A stretch of DNA of 64,000 nucleotides from Candidatus Woesearchaeota archaeon (GTDB taxonomy: Archaea; Nanobdellota; Nanobdellia; Woesearchaeales; 21-14-0-10-32-9), in assembly GCA_047602735.1 (NCBI GenBank), contig JBLKOK010000002.1:20280-84279 (forward strand). Reading direction: 5' to 3'. This document shows positions 1-9,805 of this stretch, piece after piece; the stretch's first letter is position 1; every line of letters starts with the position of its first letter. The notes beneath the pieces were generated by a model. The model saw only the letters and a program-made list of their open reading frames with translations. It was not told the origin of the DNA and ran no database searches. Made by a program: the position numbers and the translations under genes.

Positions 1-609
1 AGGGTTGAGATTCAGGCTTTGTTTTTGGCTGTTTTTAGAGCTTTGAATTATTGTAATAAAAAGTTAGGATTAGATGTTGATAGTAGAGAAGATAAGTTAA
101 GGAAGTTAGTTAAAGATAGGTTGTTTAAGGATTATTTGAGGGATGGTTTTAATAAAAGACTTAGTAATACTATAAGGCCTAATGTTTTTTTAGCTTATTA
201 TGTTTATAAGGATTTTTTAAGTAAACAAGAATGGGAAGTTAGTTTTGATAAGGTTATTTCAGAGTGTTTTTTAGATTGGGGAGGTTTTAGTAGTATTTCA
301 AAGAATCATAGGTTGTTTAAAGAGGAATATACAGGAATTACTAATGAGAGTTATCATAGAGGAGATAGTTGGTTCTTTGTAAATAATATTGCTGCTATTT
401 GTTTGTTTGATTTAAATAAGAAGAAGTACGCTAAATATATTTCTAAGATTAAAGATGCTAGTTTGTTTGAGATGAATGAGTCTGGCGCGTTAGGTCATTG
501 CGCTGAGGTTAGTAGTGCTAAAGAGATTAGAAGTGAAGGTACGTTTGCTCAGGCTTGGAGTGCAGCTACACTTTACGAATTGTTAAGTTGTACTAATGAA
601 AAATTATGA
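1..609 (+). CDS. C-terminal fragment of a glycoside hydrolase, likely amylo-alpha-1,6-glucosidase / glycogen-debranching-like (gene runs off the 5' end of the window)
   Basis: The reading frame is open from position 1, and the track ORF at 19..609 uses a TTG start. The C-terminal motifs HRGDSWFF and FAQAWSAATLYEL resemble the end of the GDE_C family. Called from memory of the family, not from a search. Confidence 0.4.
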   Translation, partial: RVEIQALFLAVFRALNYCNKKLGLDVDSREDKLRKLVKDRLFKDYLRDGFNKRLSNTIRPNVFLAYYVYKDFLSKQEWEVSFDKVISECFLDWGGFSSISKNHRLFKEEYTGITNESYHRGDSWFFVNNIAAICLFDLNKKKYAKYISKIKDASLFEMNESGALGHCAEVSSAKEIRSEGTFAQAWSAATLYELLSCTNEKL

Positions 610-644
610 CAACTAATTTAAACTAATCTTTTTTTCTTTTATTT

Positions 645-1727
645 ATGCCAGTTGTAGATGTTAACACAGTTAAAGAAATAGTAATAGATAAAGAGCTTAA
701 AGAATTGATTAGCGAATCTAAAAAAGTTTATTTTGAAAATTTTGATAAACATACAAAGTTTGGTAGATGTTTATTTTTGAGTTGGTATTGTTCTTTGGGT
801 AATTGTGATTTTTGTTATAGAACTGTAGAAAAAAAAAGAATTGACCAGCCATCTTTAGCTAAAAGAAGAAAAGAATCAATTTATACAGAGGCTTTGATTG
901 CTAAAAAGCTTAATTGGGATTTAGAATTTTTGACAGGTGGTTATGGTATTTTTCCTTTTGATGAATTAGTTGAGATAAGTAAAGTTGTTAGTGAGATTTT
1001 TCAAAAAAAGATTTGGCTTAACATGGGTGTTATGAGTCGCCAACAATTAGAAATATTAAAGCCTTATATTGAAGGTTTTGTTGCTAGTGTTGAAACTTTA
1101 GAGCCAAAGCTTCATAAAAGAGTTGCTCCAGGAAAGCCTATTGCTCCTTTTGAACATATGTTAAAGACTGCTAAAGAGCTTGGTTTTAAAACAGGTTTTA
1201 CAATTATTTTAGGTTTAGGAGAGCCTAAAGAAGATTATAGTTATGTTAAGGATTTTATTGAAAAAAATAATATTGATAGGCTTACTTATTATGCTCTAAG
1301 ACCTGTTAAAGGTACAAGGTATAAGCAAGGTCCAGATCCTGAATATGTTGCTTGGTGGATTGCTAATACAAGGATTGATTTTCCTAAATTGGAGATTACT
1401 ATTGGTAGTGCTGAGACCAGGCTTCCAGAGATTAGTTTAATGTTAGACGCTGGAGCTAACATGGTTACTAAGCTTCCAGGCACCAGACTTTTTGGTACAG
1501 AAGGGGGTTTAAAATTTAAAGAGGAAGTTGAAAAAGCAAGTAGAGTTTTTGATAGCGAGTTTTTGTATCTGCCAAAAATTGATTGGGAAGAAGAAGTTAA
1601 AAATTTAGATATTAGCGATGATAGAAAAGAAAAATTAGTTTTAAAGTTAAAAGAGTATGAAACAAAAAGGTTGTTAAAGAAGTATAAGAATTTTAAGAGT
1701 TTAGTTTGTGAGCCTTGTAGTAGTTAG
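645..1727 (+). CDS. radical-SAM-like / TIM-barrel Fe-S enzyme, family unassigned
   Basis: A cysteine cluster CSLGNCDFC (Cx4Cx2C variant) lies near the N-terminus. It is followed by Gly-rich stretches (LTGGYG) and a ~300 aa barrel-sized domain. The canonical Cx3Cx2C motif is absent, so the call is tentative. Confidence 0.35.
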   Translation: MPVVDVNTVKEIVIDKELKELISESKKVYFENFDKHTKFGRCLFLSWYCSLGNCDFCYRTVEKKRIDQPSLAKRRKESIYTEALIAKKLNWDLEFLTGGYGIFPFDELVEISKVVSEIFQKKIWLNMGVMSRQQLEILKPYIEGFVASVETLEPKLHKRVAPGKPIAPFEHMLKTAKELGFKTGFTIILGLGEPKEDYSYVKDFIEKNNIDRLTYYALRPVKGTRYKQGPDPEYVAWWIANTRIDFPKLEITIGSAETRLPEISLMLDAGANMVTKLPGTRLFGTEGGLKFKEEVEKASRVFDSEFLYLPKIDWEEEVKNLDISDDRKEKLVLKLKEYETKRLLKKYKNFKSLVCEPCSS

Positions 1728-2722
1728 TTTATTAGGTGTTCTTCGTTAAAGAATTTTATTATTATTAGACTTAGTGCTAATGTTATTGGTCCTATTATGA
1801 ATCCTATTACTCCAAATAGTGCTATTCCCCCAAGTATTCCTATAAGTATTATTAATGGATGAAGTCCTACCTTATCACCTATTATTTTTGGCTTAAGTAT
1901 ATTATCTATGTTCATTATTATTAGAACTCCAACAAGTAAGATACCAATTGCTGCAACTAAGTTTCCTTGATAAAAACTAATTATTACTGCAGGTACCCAA
2001 ACTATTGGTGGTCCAAGTAAGGGTATAAAGCTTAGTATTGCCATGATAAATCCCCAAAATATTGGGTTTGGTAATCCAAATGCCCAAAATGTTAGTCCAC
2101 CCACTATTCCTTGTAATACTGCCACTAAAAATTGTCCATATAAAACTCCTTTTATAACATTTGTTACGCTTTCTACTAATTCTTGTTTTTGTGTTTTTGA
2201 AAAGGGTAGTAAGTCTTTTATTTTTTCTACTATTTTTTCTCCTTCTTTAAATCCGTAATATAATACAAATAATAATACGAATAGTTTTATTAAAAGTTCT
2301 GCTGCGTATGATACTACTTCAGTTATGCTTCCCGTTAAGAAATCTCTAAAGTCAATTAATACAGGAAGTATTTGTTCTTCTAAATCTAATTCAAAACCTG
2401 TGTATTCAGATAGTGTATTTGTTGCTTCATCAAGATCTAAGTTAGATATTTGGGAATATACTGTTCTTGCTTCATCTACTACTGATGATGCTATTAAAAA
2501 TAAAGGTATAATTATGATTATTAATGTTAAAAAAGTCATAAAAAGACTTCTTATTGAATTGTTTTGCATATATTTTTTTAAGTATAAATTTACAGGGAAT
2601 AAAAACATTATTAGTACCATTCCAAATATCATGAATGCTAAGAAAGGTCTAAAAATTAAGAATGTTAAAATTATTGCACCTATGTATGCTAGTATTAATA
2701 CTATGTTTAGCTTTTTTTCCAT
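1724..2722 (-). CDS. AI-2E family (PerM/UPF0118) membrane transporter
   Basis: Polytopic membrane protein with the characteristic C-terminal block ...GLPNPIFWGFIMAILSFIPLLGPPIVWVPAVII... Its stop overlaps the upstream gene by 4 nt. Confidence 0.75.
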   Translation of the reverse strand: MEKKLNIVLILAYIGAIILTFLIFRPFLAFMIFGMVLIMFLFPVNLYLKKYMQNNSIRSLFMTFLTLIIIIIPLFLIASSVVDEARTVYSQISNLDLDEATNTLSEYTGFELDLEEQILPVLIDFRDFLTGSITEVVSYAAELLIKLFVLLFVLYYGFKEGEKIVEKIKDLLPFSKTQKQELVESVTNVIKGVLYGQFLVAVLQGIVGGLTFWAFGLPNPIFWGFIMAILSFIPLLGPPIVWVPAVIISFYQGNLVAAIGILLVGVLIIMNIDNILKPKIIGDKVGLHPLIILIGILGGIALFGVIGFIIGPITLALSLIIIKFFNEEHLIN

Positions 2723-2812
2723 TTATTATTTTATTTTTGTTTTGTAGTTTTTATATGTTTCTTATAAATAATTATTTTCTATATAGAAATTAATTAATTA
2801 AAAAAATTTTAT

Positions 2813-4030
2813 TTATTCACTTCTTAGTGCGTCTACCGGGCTCATTTTGCTTGCTTGTTTTGCCGGTAAGTAACCTGATAACAATCCCAATATAAATGAA
2901 AATAGTAATGCTCCAACTAATAAAGTCCAACTATATGTTATAACTATAAATTTAGTTCCTAGCGCATTAAATGCAGCTATTTCAACTAGTTTTGCAAATC
3001 CTAAACCCAATGTTATACCTATTAGTCCTCCTACTAGTCCAAGAAGGCCTGATTCAAATAAGAAGACACTCAAAACATCTTTGTTTTTAGCACCGATTGC
3101 TTTCATAGTTCCAATTTCTTTTGTTCTTTCAAGAACACTAGTATACATGGTATTCATAATACCAATACCTCCAACGAGTAAACTAATACTTGCAATTCCA
3201 ACAATTACTGTTTGAACTATTAAAAAAATATCTAAGAAACTGTTTATCACATTTTCAAAAGTTTCTACTTGAAAATCTTCTTGACCTATAGAAACATCTC
3301 TATGTCTTCTAAGTTCTTGTTCTACAAATGGAACTATTTGAGCAGGTTCTCGTCCTTGTTGTACTTGTACTATTATTTGATTTACTTGTTGATTTGTTAC
3401 AAAAAGGTCCTCAAAAGCTTCTTTTGTTATAAAAACTGATCTGTCATCTGGTTCGTTTCCAAGTCTTTGGTTTATACCAACAACTTCAAATCTCTCTCCG
3501 TTTATCTCTATGTTTCTTCCTGTTCTAAGATTAGTATTAAAACCCTCAAAGTTTGCATAATCATAACCAATTATTGCTTTTCTTCTATCTCCTTGACGTA
3601 AACTTCTTCCTTCAATTATATCTAATTGTAGTGTTTCTTCTATTAATCTTTGACTTGAATCTGTTTTAATACCTACAAGTACATAAAAACCTATATCTTC
3701 TCGTCCCCATTCCATTTGAGCAGATCTAAATACTATGGATCCTACTTCTAAAACGCCTTGTGCTCTTTTTATTGCATCTACATCGCTTTGCGTTAGAGGA
3801 TTGTTTGATGTGTCTGCTGCAGAAAATTGACCTCCTGCAGGACTTACTAGTATTTTATCTGCTCCAAGTTCTCTAAATTGCTCATCTAATGCATTTTGTA
3901 ATCCTTGCCCTATTGTTATTAGTCCTACAACTGCTGCAATACCTATTATTATTCCAAGTATGGTTAAGTAACTTCTAAGTTTTCTGTTTTTTAAATTCTT
4001 CAAACTTATTTTTGCGTATTCTTGTTTCAT
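2813..4030 (-). CDS. ABC transporter permease, MacB/FtsX family (N-terminal TM, large periplasmic domain, C-terminal FtsX 3-TM bundle)
   Basis: N-terminal anchor LRSYLTILGIIIGIAAVV, an extracytoplasmic domain of about 230 aa, and a C-terminal FtsX-like block GGIGIMNTMYTSVLERTKEIGTMKAIGA. It is a tandem paralogue of 4027..5244. Confidence 0.8.
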   Translation of the reverse strand: MKQEYAKISLKNLKNRKLRSYLTILGIIIGIAAVVGLITIGQGLQNALDEQFRELGADKILVSPAGGQFSAADTSNNPLTQSDVDAIKRAQGVLEVGSIVFRSAQMEWGREDIGFYVLVGIKTDSSQRLIEETLQLDIIEGRSLRQGDRRKAIIGYDYANFEGFNTNLRTGRNIEINGERFEVVGINQRLGNEPDDRSVFITKEAFEDLFVTNQQVNQIIVQVQQGREPAQIVPFVEQELRRHRDVSIGQEDFQVETFENVINSFLDIFLIVQTVIVGIASISLLVGGIGIMNTMYTSVLERTKEIGTMKAIGAKNKDVLSVFLFESGLLGLVGGLIGITLGLGFAKLVEIAAFNALGTKFIVITYSWTLLVGALLFSFILGLLSGYLPAKQASKMSPVDALRSE

Positions 4031-5244
4031 TTTCTTAAAGCATCTACTGGTTTTAGCTTACTTGCATTTCTTGCAGGTAATGTTCCTGCTATTGTTCCAA
4101 CTACGAATGAAAATATTAAAGCGCCAAGTATTAATTGTATGGTGAAGTTTGTTTGTAATAATTCTGTGCCTAATGCAAATCTACCTATGATTTCTACTAT
4201 TTTTGCAAGTATTACACCAAGTATTATACCAATTATTCCTCCGGCTAGTCCTAACATTCCAGATTCTATAAAAAATAAATTGAATATGTTTGAATTTTTA
4301 GCTCCAATTGCTTTCATTATGCCTATTTCTTTTGTTCTTTCAAGAACACTAGTATACATGGTATTCATAATACCAATACCTCCAACGAGTAAACTAATAC
4401 TTGCAATTCCAACAATCACTATTGTTATAGCAGTTAAGATTGTGCTTATTGATTCGAGTGTTTGTTGAGATGTTTGTACTTGAAAATCTTCTCTTCCAAG
4501 TTCAAGGTTTCTATGTCTTCTTAAATCTCTTCTTATTCTGTCTGTCACTTCATCTATTTGATCTATGTTTGTAGCTCTTGCAGTTATTACCGAAACTTTT
4601 TCAGGTATGTCTAATAATTGTCTTAAATCATTTTCATTCATAACTATAGATCCGTCTACTTGAAAGCTTCCTGTTCTTTTGTAAACGCCAACTACTTCAA
4701 ATTCTTCTCCTTGAATTATTACTTTATCTCTTGGTCTAAGTATTGATCCAAGTCTTTCTCTTTCATAAAAACTATGTCCTACTACTATTTTGTTAATATC
4801 TTGAGAAGTAATATCTCTTCCAATTTCTATTTCGTAATTAAATGCTTCTGTAACAAATCTTCTTTGATCTAAATCTTGGGGCATGCTTACAACAAAATTA
4901 GTTCTTACCACATCTTTTTTTTGTATTAATACTTGTTCTAATAGCCTGGCGGCAGCTTGTTCTACACCTAAGGATCTTTGAACAACTTCTAAATCTTGAT
5001 TTGTTAATGGGTTTGCAACACTAGTTCCGGGAGGTCCAAATCCAAGACCGCTGGCTTGTATTGTTATTCTATCTGCTCCAAGTGCTTGAAATTGAGAAGA
5101 TACAGCAAGCTCTAGTCCTTGTCCAAGACTTATTAAGGAAACTATTGCAGCTATACCTATAAATATTCCAAGCATTGTAAGCCAGCTCCTAATGCCTCGT
5201 TTTTTGAGGCTTAGAACAGCTAGCTTTATGTATTCAGAGATCAT
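4027..5244 (-). CDS. ABC transporter permease, MacB/FtsX family (paralogue)
   Basis: Same architecture as 2813..4030, with an identical conserved block GGIGIMNTMYTSVLERTKEIGIMKAIGAKN. The two genes overlap by 4 nt. Confidence 0.8.
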   Translation of the reverse strand: MISEYIKLAVLSLKKRGIRSWLTMLGIFIGIAAIVSLISLGQGLELAVSSQFQALGADRITIQASGLGFGPPGTSVANPLTNQDLEVVQRSLGVEQAAARLLEQVLIQKKDVVRTNFVVSMPQDLDQRRFVTEAFNYEIEIGRDITSQDINKIVVGHSFYERERLGSILRPRDKVIIQGEEFEVVGVYKRTGSFQVDGSIVMNENDLRQLLDIPEKVSVITARATNIDQIDEVTDRIRRDLRRHRNLELGREDFQVQTSQQTLESISTILTAITIVIVGIASISLLVGGIGIMNTMYTSVLERTKEIGIMKAIGAKNSNIFNLFFIESGMLGLAGGIIGIILGVILAKIVEIIGRFALGTELLQTNFTIQLILGALIFSFVVGTIAGTLPARNASKLKPVDALRK

Positions 5245-6436
5245 CTGCTTTCTTCTTCTTTTTTTTACGGTATACGTAATAAGCTATTGCTCCAACTATT
5301 ATTAGTAATAATATTACATTAAACGCCGAGCCACTTCTATGACCTTCTCTTAGATTAAGTTCTACGTTTGTAGTATAGCTAAATTCGTTATTTAATGCGT
5401 CAACATAATTTATTTTTACAGGTATTGATAACTTATCTTCATTAGCCGTAATTCTATATCTTACTGTGTCAAAATCATCACTATCTATGTTTCCAAGGTA
5501 TTGAGTATTACTTGGACTTTGTAAAGTAAATGAGTCAGAATCTTCAAGAGATATTGTTGTCATCTTTATATCCGTAAATCCTCTGTTTAAAATTAAAAAT
5601 GTGACATCTCCAGTTCTTTGATTAGTTGTTAGAGTTGATTGATCAACAACAACTAATAGTTCTGCGTCTGCATTAACTCTTAAACCAGTTATTAGATTTG
5701 ATGTTCTTTGATTTCCTGAATCATCAAAATACCTTACACTTAAAGGTAATTTGTATATATCTGCTGTTGCACTTGGCATTGCCACCATTTTATATGTGAA
5801 TTCAGATGTTTGACTTGGATTTATCCTATTTATTGACATTTGATTTGTTGTTAAAGGTACAAAAGGCAAGTTTTGTATTATTGTTCCTCCAACTATGTTT
5901 GGTGCAATATCTAAATCAACTATAACATCTCTTACCGGTGCTGATGCTAAGTTTCTTACAGCTATTGTTAAATCGAATTCTTGTCCTGGAACAATTATTT
6001 CAGGATCTGTTCTAACTGAGCTTATTGATACTACTGGTTCAGCGCTTCTTACTTGTATAGGAAGATTTCTTGTTGCTTCCCCAGGCACATTTCCTAATCT
6101 ATAAATTAGGTTTGCAAATACTTGTCCATCTGGAGCATTTTGATCTATTTGAACTGTGTATTTTATTGTAAAATCCCTGAATGTTCCTATAACAGGTATT
6201 GTTGTTGTTCTTCTTTGTTCAGATGTAAGTCTTACAAAGTTAGAATCTATAAACTCTACTTCTAAGTCTCTTACATCACTTTGTCCTGTATTTGTAAAAG
6301 TAACATATATGTCTGTTGTTTGTCCTTGTACAGCCGGTCTTGGTTCTTGCTGAGCTAAATCTATTAGTACCAATGGTTGCGCTAACGCAATTGGTAGTAG
6401 ACTGATTGCAAGAATCATCATTAATATTTTTTTCAT
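5234..6436 (-). CDS. extracellular beta-sandwich protein (COG1361/CARDB-like) associated with the ABC exporter; signal peptide plus C-terminal TM anchor and a poly-Lys tail
   Basis: N-terminal signal MKKILMMILAISLLPIALA and a C-terminal ...ILLLIIVGAIAYYVYRKKKKKKADDL. The gene sits between the permeases and the ATPase, as in archaeal MacB-like loci. Confidence 0.45.
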   Translation of the reverse strand: MKKILMMILAISLLPIALAQPLVLIDLAQQEPRPAVQGQTTDIYVTFTNTGQSDVRDLEVEFIDSNFVRLTSEQRRTTTIPVIGTFRDFTIKYTVQIDQNAPDGQVFANLIYRLGNVPGEATRNLPIQVRSAEPVVSISSVRTDPEIIVPGQEFDLTIAVRNLASAPVRDVIVDLDIAPNIVGGTIIQNLPFVPLTTNQMSINRINPSQTSEFTYKMVAMPSATADIYKLPLSVRYFDDSGNQRTSNLITGLRVNADAELLVVVDQSTLTTNQRTGDVTFLILNRGFTDIKMTTISLEDSDSFTLQSPSNTQYLGNIDSDDFDTVRYRITANEDKLSIPVKINYVDALNNEFSYTTNVELNLREGHRSGSAFNVILLLIIVGAIAYYVYRKKKKKKADDL

Positions 6437-7155
6437 TTTACTTTTTCCTCCTCTAGTCTTTTTGTTGTATCTTCACTTAAACTTTTTACTATAAACCCAT
6501 CTTTTATGTATACTCTTCGTGGAGCCATGTTTGCTATTTTTTCATCGTGTGTTACTATTACAAGTGTTACTTTTTCTTCTTTCCATCTTTTCATCAAGAA
6601 TTCCATTACAGATTTTCCTGATTTGCTATCAAGATTTCCTGTAGGTTCATCTGCAAGTATTAATTCAGGTTCGTTGCTTAACGCTCTTGCTATTGCTACT
6701 CTTTGTTGTTGTCCACCTGATAGTTGGTTTGGTGTGTGATGTGCTCTGTCATCTAGAGTTACTAGTTCTAAGAATTTTTTTGCTCTTTTTTCTCTTTCTT
6801 GTTGAGATACGTTTTGAAAAATTAATGGGAGAGTTACGTTTTCTGAAGCGGTTAAACTTGGCAGTAAATTAAATTGTTGAAATATAAATCCTATTGTTTT
6901 TCCTCTTATTTGAGCAAGGTCTGATTCTGTCATTTTTGCTATGTCTTTTCCAGATAGTTTTATTGTTCCTTTTGAGGGTATATCTAAGCACCCTACCATG
7001 TTCATCAAAGTACTTTTTCCACTCCCTGATGGACCTGTTATTGCTACAAATTCTCCTTTTTTGATTTGTAAATCTACACCTCTTAATGCGTGGACTTTTA
7101 CTTGTCCCATTTTGTATGTTTTCCATACGTCTTTTAGTTCTATTATTGTTTTCAT
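6433..7155 (-). CDS. ABC transporter ATP-binding protein (MacB/LolD-type)
   Basis: Walker A GPSGSGKST, Q-loop, ABC signature LSGGQQQRVAIARAL, and Walker B ILADEPTGNLD. Confidence 0.92.
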   Translation of the reverse strand: MKTIIELKDVWKTYKMGQVKVHALRGVDLQIKKGEFVAITGPSGSGKSTLMNMVGCLDIPSKGTIKLSGKDIAKMTESDLAQIRGKTIGFIFQQFNLLPSLTASENVTLPLIFQNVSQQEREKRAKKFLELVTLDDRAHHTPNQLSGGQQQRVAIARALSNEPELILADEPTGNLDSKSGKSVMEFLMKRWKEEKVTLVIVTHDEKIANMAPRRVYIKDGFIVKSLSEDTTKRLEEEKVK

Positions 7156-7649
7156 TTTATTTTTTTTAGCTCTGCAATTGTTTTTTTGAATACTTCTTTT
7201 ATTTTTTGTTTGTTTTTCTTATAGTTTTTACTTGTAAGTATTCTGAATGTTTCTTTTTTTAGTTGTGATGATTCTTTTTCTATGTCAGAGAAGTTTATGT
7301 TGTCTTCTTTTAGTTGTTGTAGTACTTTTTGATCTATGCCAGAATCTACACCATATATTTCTTTCATTAGAAGATGTGATTTTTCTAGTAGTTGTAAGAA
7401 TTCTTTTTTGTTTTTTGATAGTTTTTCTAGTTGTTTTTTTCCTTTAGCAGTTATTGTGTAAATTTTTTTGTTCTTTTCTTCTTTTATTTTCGCTAGACCT
7501 TCTTTTTCTATTTGCTCTAGCTGAGGATATAATGATCCAGGACTTGGTTTCCAATGATAGTCTTGTTCTATTTTTTTTATTATTTGAGATCCTGATAGCG
7601 GTTCATTTAGTATAGAATTTAGTATTGTTGTTTTTAGCTGACCTCTCAT
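7152..7649 (-). CDS. PadR-family winged-helix transcriptional regulator with a C-terminal coiled-coil extension
   Basis: PadR hallmark LSGSQIIKKIEQDYHWKPSPGSLYPQLEQIEKEGL, followed by a Lys/Glu-rich helical tail. Confidence 0.8.
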   Translation of the reverse strand: MRGQLKTTILNSILNEPLSGSQIIKKIEQDYHWKPSPGSLYPQLEQIEKEGLAKIKEEKNKKIYTITAKGKKQLEKLSKNKKEFLQLLEKSHLLMKEIYGVDSGIDQKVLQQLKEDNINFSDIEKESSQLKKETFRILTSKNYKKNKQKIKEVFKKTIAELKKIK

Positions 7650-7693
7650 TTTTATCGTTTCCGATATATCGGAAGCGATATTAGTATTTAAAT

Positions 7694-8608
7694 TTAGCGA
7701 TTTAAGATATCTTCCATAACTAAATATGCTTTTTTTTCTATACTTGATTTTATTCCATGTATAGGTTTAGAATAAAGTTTTTCTCTTCTTAAATCAAATA
7801 TTTTGTTAGCTTTTTTTTCAAGTAAAATCTCATTTTTAAAATCTTTTGCGCCGTAAGATTCAAATATTATTTTAACAACATCATAATCAAATAGTTTTTC
7901 GTTTCCCATAGTGTTTAAAGTAAATGAAATTAAATCCTTTATTCTTCTTTGTCTAAACAACATATTAGGATTTGTTTTAAATTCAAAATCAAATATGTGC
8001 GTGTATTGACCCGTGCTACCCGTGTTTCCTATTTTCGCATCACCCCAGATAATTCCAGAGTCATGAAGTAACCTTATTTTACTAGATACCAATCCTAAGT
8101 ATTCTTTTAAGAAGTCAGAGTCAGAGTTTTCAAAAAAGTTTTTTGAATTCATAAAGTCAGATTCATATTTTGTTATTAATACATCTTCTAATGGTTTTGA
8201 AAAATCATTTTGAAGATATTGTCTGGATTTAAAAGATGCCAATCCTAGTTTATCTAATTTTAATTTTTCTATTCTTGTTAAAATGTTATTTTCTCTTTTT
8301 ACTTTATCCCTTATAGATTCAGAAATAATAAATTCATCGTTAAATTTTTTTTCTATTTTAGGTCTTTTTTCTAAGATAAATTTTTTTCCAATTAATGTAG
8401 GAGTTTTTATGTCTAGGATTTCCTCTTGATACAATATTTGATCATGATAATTTACAAAGCCTCCTGATGCGTTTTCTTTACCCCCAAATTTTACTCCTAA
8501 GAACTTGAATTCTTCTTCAGTGTTAAATATTTTGAATTTAGCTTTTTTTCTTGTACTTCTTACAAATTCTTCTAATTGAGATATATTATCTGCTGTTTGT
8601 ATGTTCAT
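7694..8608 (-). CDS. hypothetical protein, possible protein-kinase-like (APH/Kdo-kinase) fold
   Basis: LLHDSGIIWGDAKIGN resembles a kinase catalytic-loop HGD...N motif, and HIFDFEF resembles the DFG/IDxE metal-binding motif. The resemblance is weak. Confidence 0.25.
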   Translation of the reverse strand: MNIQTADNISQLEEFVRSTRKKAKFKIFNTEEEFKFLGVKFGGKENASGGFVNYHDQILYQEEILDIKTPTLIGKKFILEKRPKIEKKFNDEFIISESIRDKVKRENNILTRIEKLKLDKLGLASFKSRQYLQNDFSKPLEDVLITKYESDFMNSKNFFENSDSDFLKEYLGLVSSKIRLLHDSGIIWGDAKIGNTGSTGQYTHIFDFEFKTNPNMLFRQRRIKDLISFTLNTMGNEKLFDYDVVKIIFESYGAKDFKNEILLEKKANKIFDLRREKLYSKPIHGIKSSIEKKAYLVMEDILNR

Positions 8609-8706
8609 TACTAATTAGTAAACAATTATTTTATTTAAAGCTTTATCATATATATTTAATAAAATATTTAAATAATAGTTGATTATTTGTTACTAAAGGT
8701 GATTAA

Positions 8707-8958
8707 ATGGCACAAATACGTTTGGAAGTTGATAATTATACAAAAAAAGTTTTAGATGTTGTTAAAGGTAAACATGGTCTAAAAAACAGAGATGCTGCTT
8801 TAAAAAAATTTGTTGAATTACATGGAGAAAATTATGTTGAAAAAGAACCTAATGAGTTATTTTTAAAGGAGCTTGATGAAAAGTATGAAAGACATATTAA
8901 AAAATATGGTACAAAAAGTATGTCTGAAGAAGAACTTGATGAATTATTAGGTTTATAA
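8707..8958 (+). CDS. putative antitoxin of a type II toxin-antitoxin pair
   Basis: 83 aa charged protein. Its stop overlaps the start of the RelE/ParE-like ORF by 1 nt (TAAAATG). Confidence 0.35.
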   Translation: MAQIRLEVDNYTKKVLDVVKGKHGLKNRDAALKKFVELHGENYVEKEPNELFLKELDEKYERHIKKYGTKSMSEEELDELLGL

Positions 8959-8959
8959 A

Positions 8960-9235
8960 ATGTTTAGTTATAACATAGAAATTAATCTAAAGAAAAAGCT
9001 AAAAATATTGGCAAAAAAAGATAAGATATTAGCAAATAATTTTAAGAAAAAAGTATTTGAAATAATAAATCACAATATAGATACTATTACTACTTATAAA
9101 AATTTAAAAAGCCCTATGAATGAGTTTAAAAGAATACATCTGACTAAGAATTTTATTTTAATTTTTAAAGTAGATTTAGAGAATAAACACATTGTTTTTA
9201 TAGAAATAGCCCACATAGATAAAGTCTATAAATGA
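8960..9235 (+). CDS. RelE/ParE-family toxin-like protein
   Basis: 91 aa. The C-terminal pattern ...FKRIHLTKNFILIFKVDLENKHIVFIEIAHIDKVYK matches the RelE/ParE beta-sheet core (R..g.yRiiy.vd...i.il.i.hR...Y). Confidence 0.5.
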   Translation: MFSYNIEINLKKKLKILAKKDKILANNFKKKVFEIINHNIDTITTYKNLKSPMNEFKRIHLTKNFILIFKVDLENKHIVFIEIAHIDKVYK

Positions 9236-9290
9236 TTTTTTCTCGAACTAATTTAAATTAATACTATAATCTGTTTATTGAAAAATAATA

Positions 9291-9363
9291 AGCCTCTGGT
9301 GGGAGTTGCACCCACGACCTTTAGATTACAAGTCTAACGCAATAGCTACTATGCTACAGAGGC
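9291..9363 (-). tRNA. tRNA-Thr (anticodon TGT)
   Basis: Cloverleaf: acceptor GCCTCTG/CAGAGGC, anticodon stem TTAGA/TCTAA with loop CTTGTAA, and T-stem GTGGG/CCCAC. The T-loop (TGCAACT) and D-loop are slightly non-canonical. Confidence 0.6.
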
Positions 9364-9412
9364 GTATAGATTATGAAGAACAGTTATTTCTTTAAAAAGA
9401 TTACCATAAATC

Positions 9413-9805
9413 TTAAAACATTATTAAGAAAATAGTTAGTGCAGTAAAAAATCCAAGTAATAGACCATAAAATACTTGTTTTTTAGTATGCCCGTTAACT
9501 AGTTCTAGTTTATCTTCGGGTTTTTTAACCAAAGAGTTTAATAAAGTCCCTTGTTTTCCAACGCTATATCTAAGTCCTGATGCGTCCACCATTATTATTG
9601 AAAGTAATACTATTGCTAAAAAAAAGGTGCTTGTAAGTCCTTCTGCAAATAGTATAGCGAAGGTTATTGAAGATATTGCTGTTGTATGTTGGCTTGGCAT
9701 CCCCCCGTTTTTGAATCCTGCTTTAAAGCTTTTTGAAATACTAGCTTTTATTATAACAGATAATATCCATGCAATTGTTATTGTTAAAAAATAGTATAAT
9801 ATCAT
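9413..9805 (-). CDS. divergent PAP2-family (DUF212) membrane protein
   Basis: Contains the motif GGMPSQHTTA (compare GGMPSSHSA of the family) and 3-4 TM helices. It overlaps the vWA gene by 4 nt. Confidence 0.6.
   Translation of the reverse strand: MILYYFLTITIAWILSVIIKASISKSFKAGFKNGGMPSQHTTAISSITFAILFAEGLTSTFFLAIVLLSIIMVDASGLRYSVGKQGTLLNSLVKKPEDKLELVNGHTKKQVFYGLLLGFFTALTIFLIMF

Noticed and set aside
2043-2747. Plus-strand ORFs 2043..2258 and 2325..2747
   Set aside because: They are antisense to the well-supported AI-2E transporter gene and show low complexity typical of AT-rich antisense frames.
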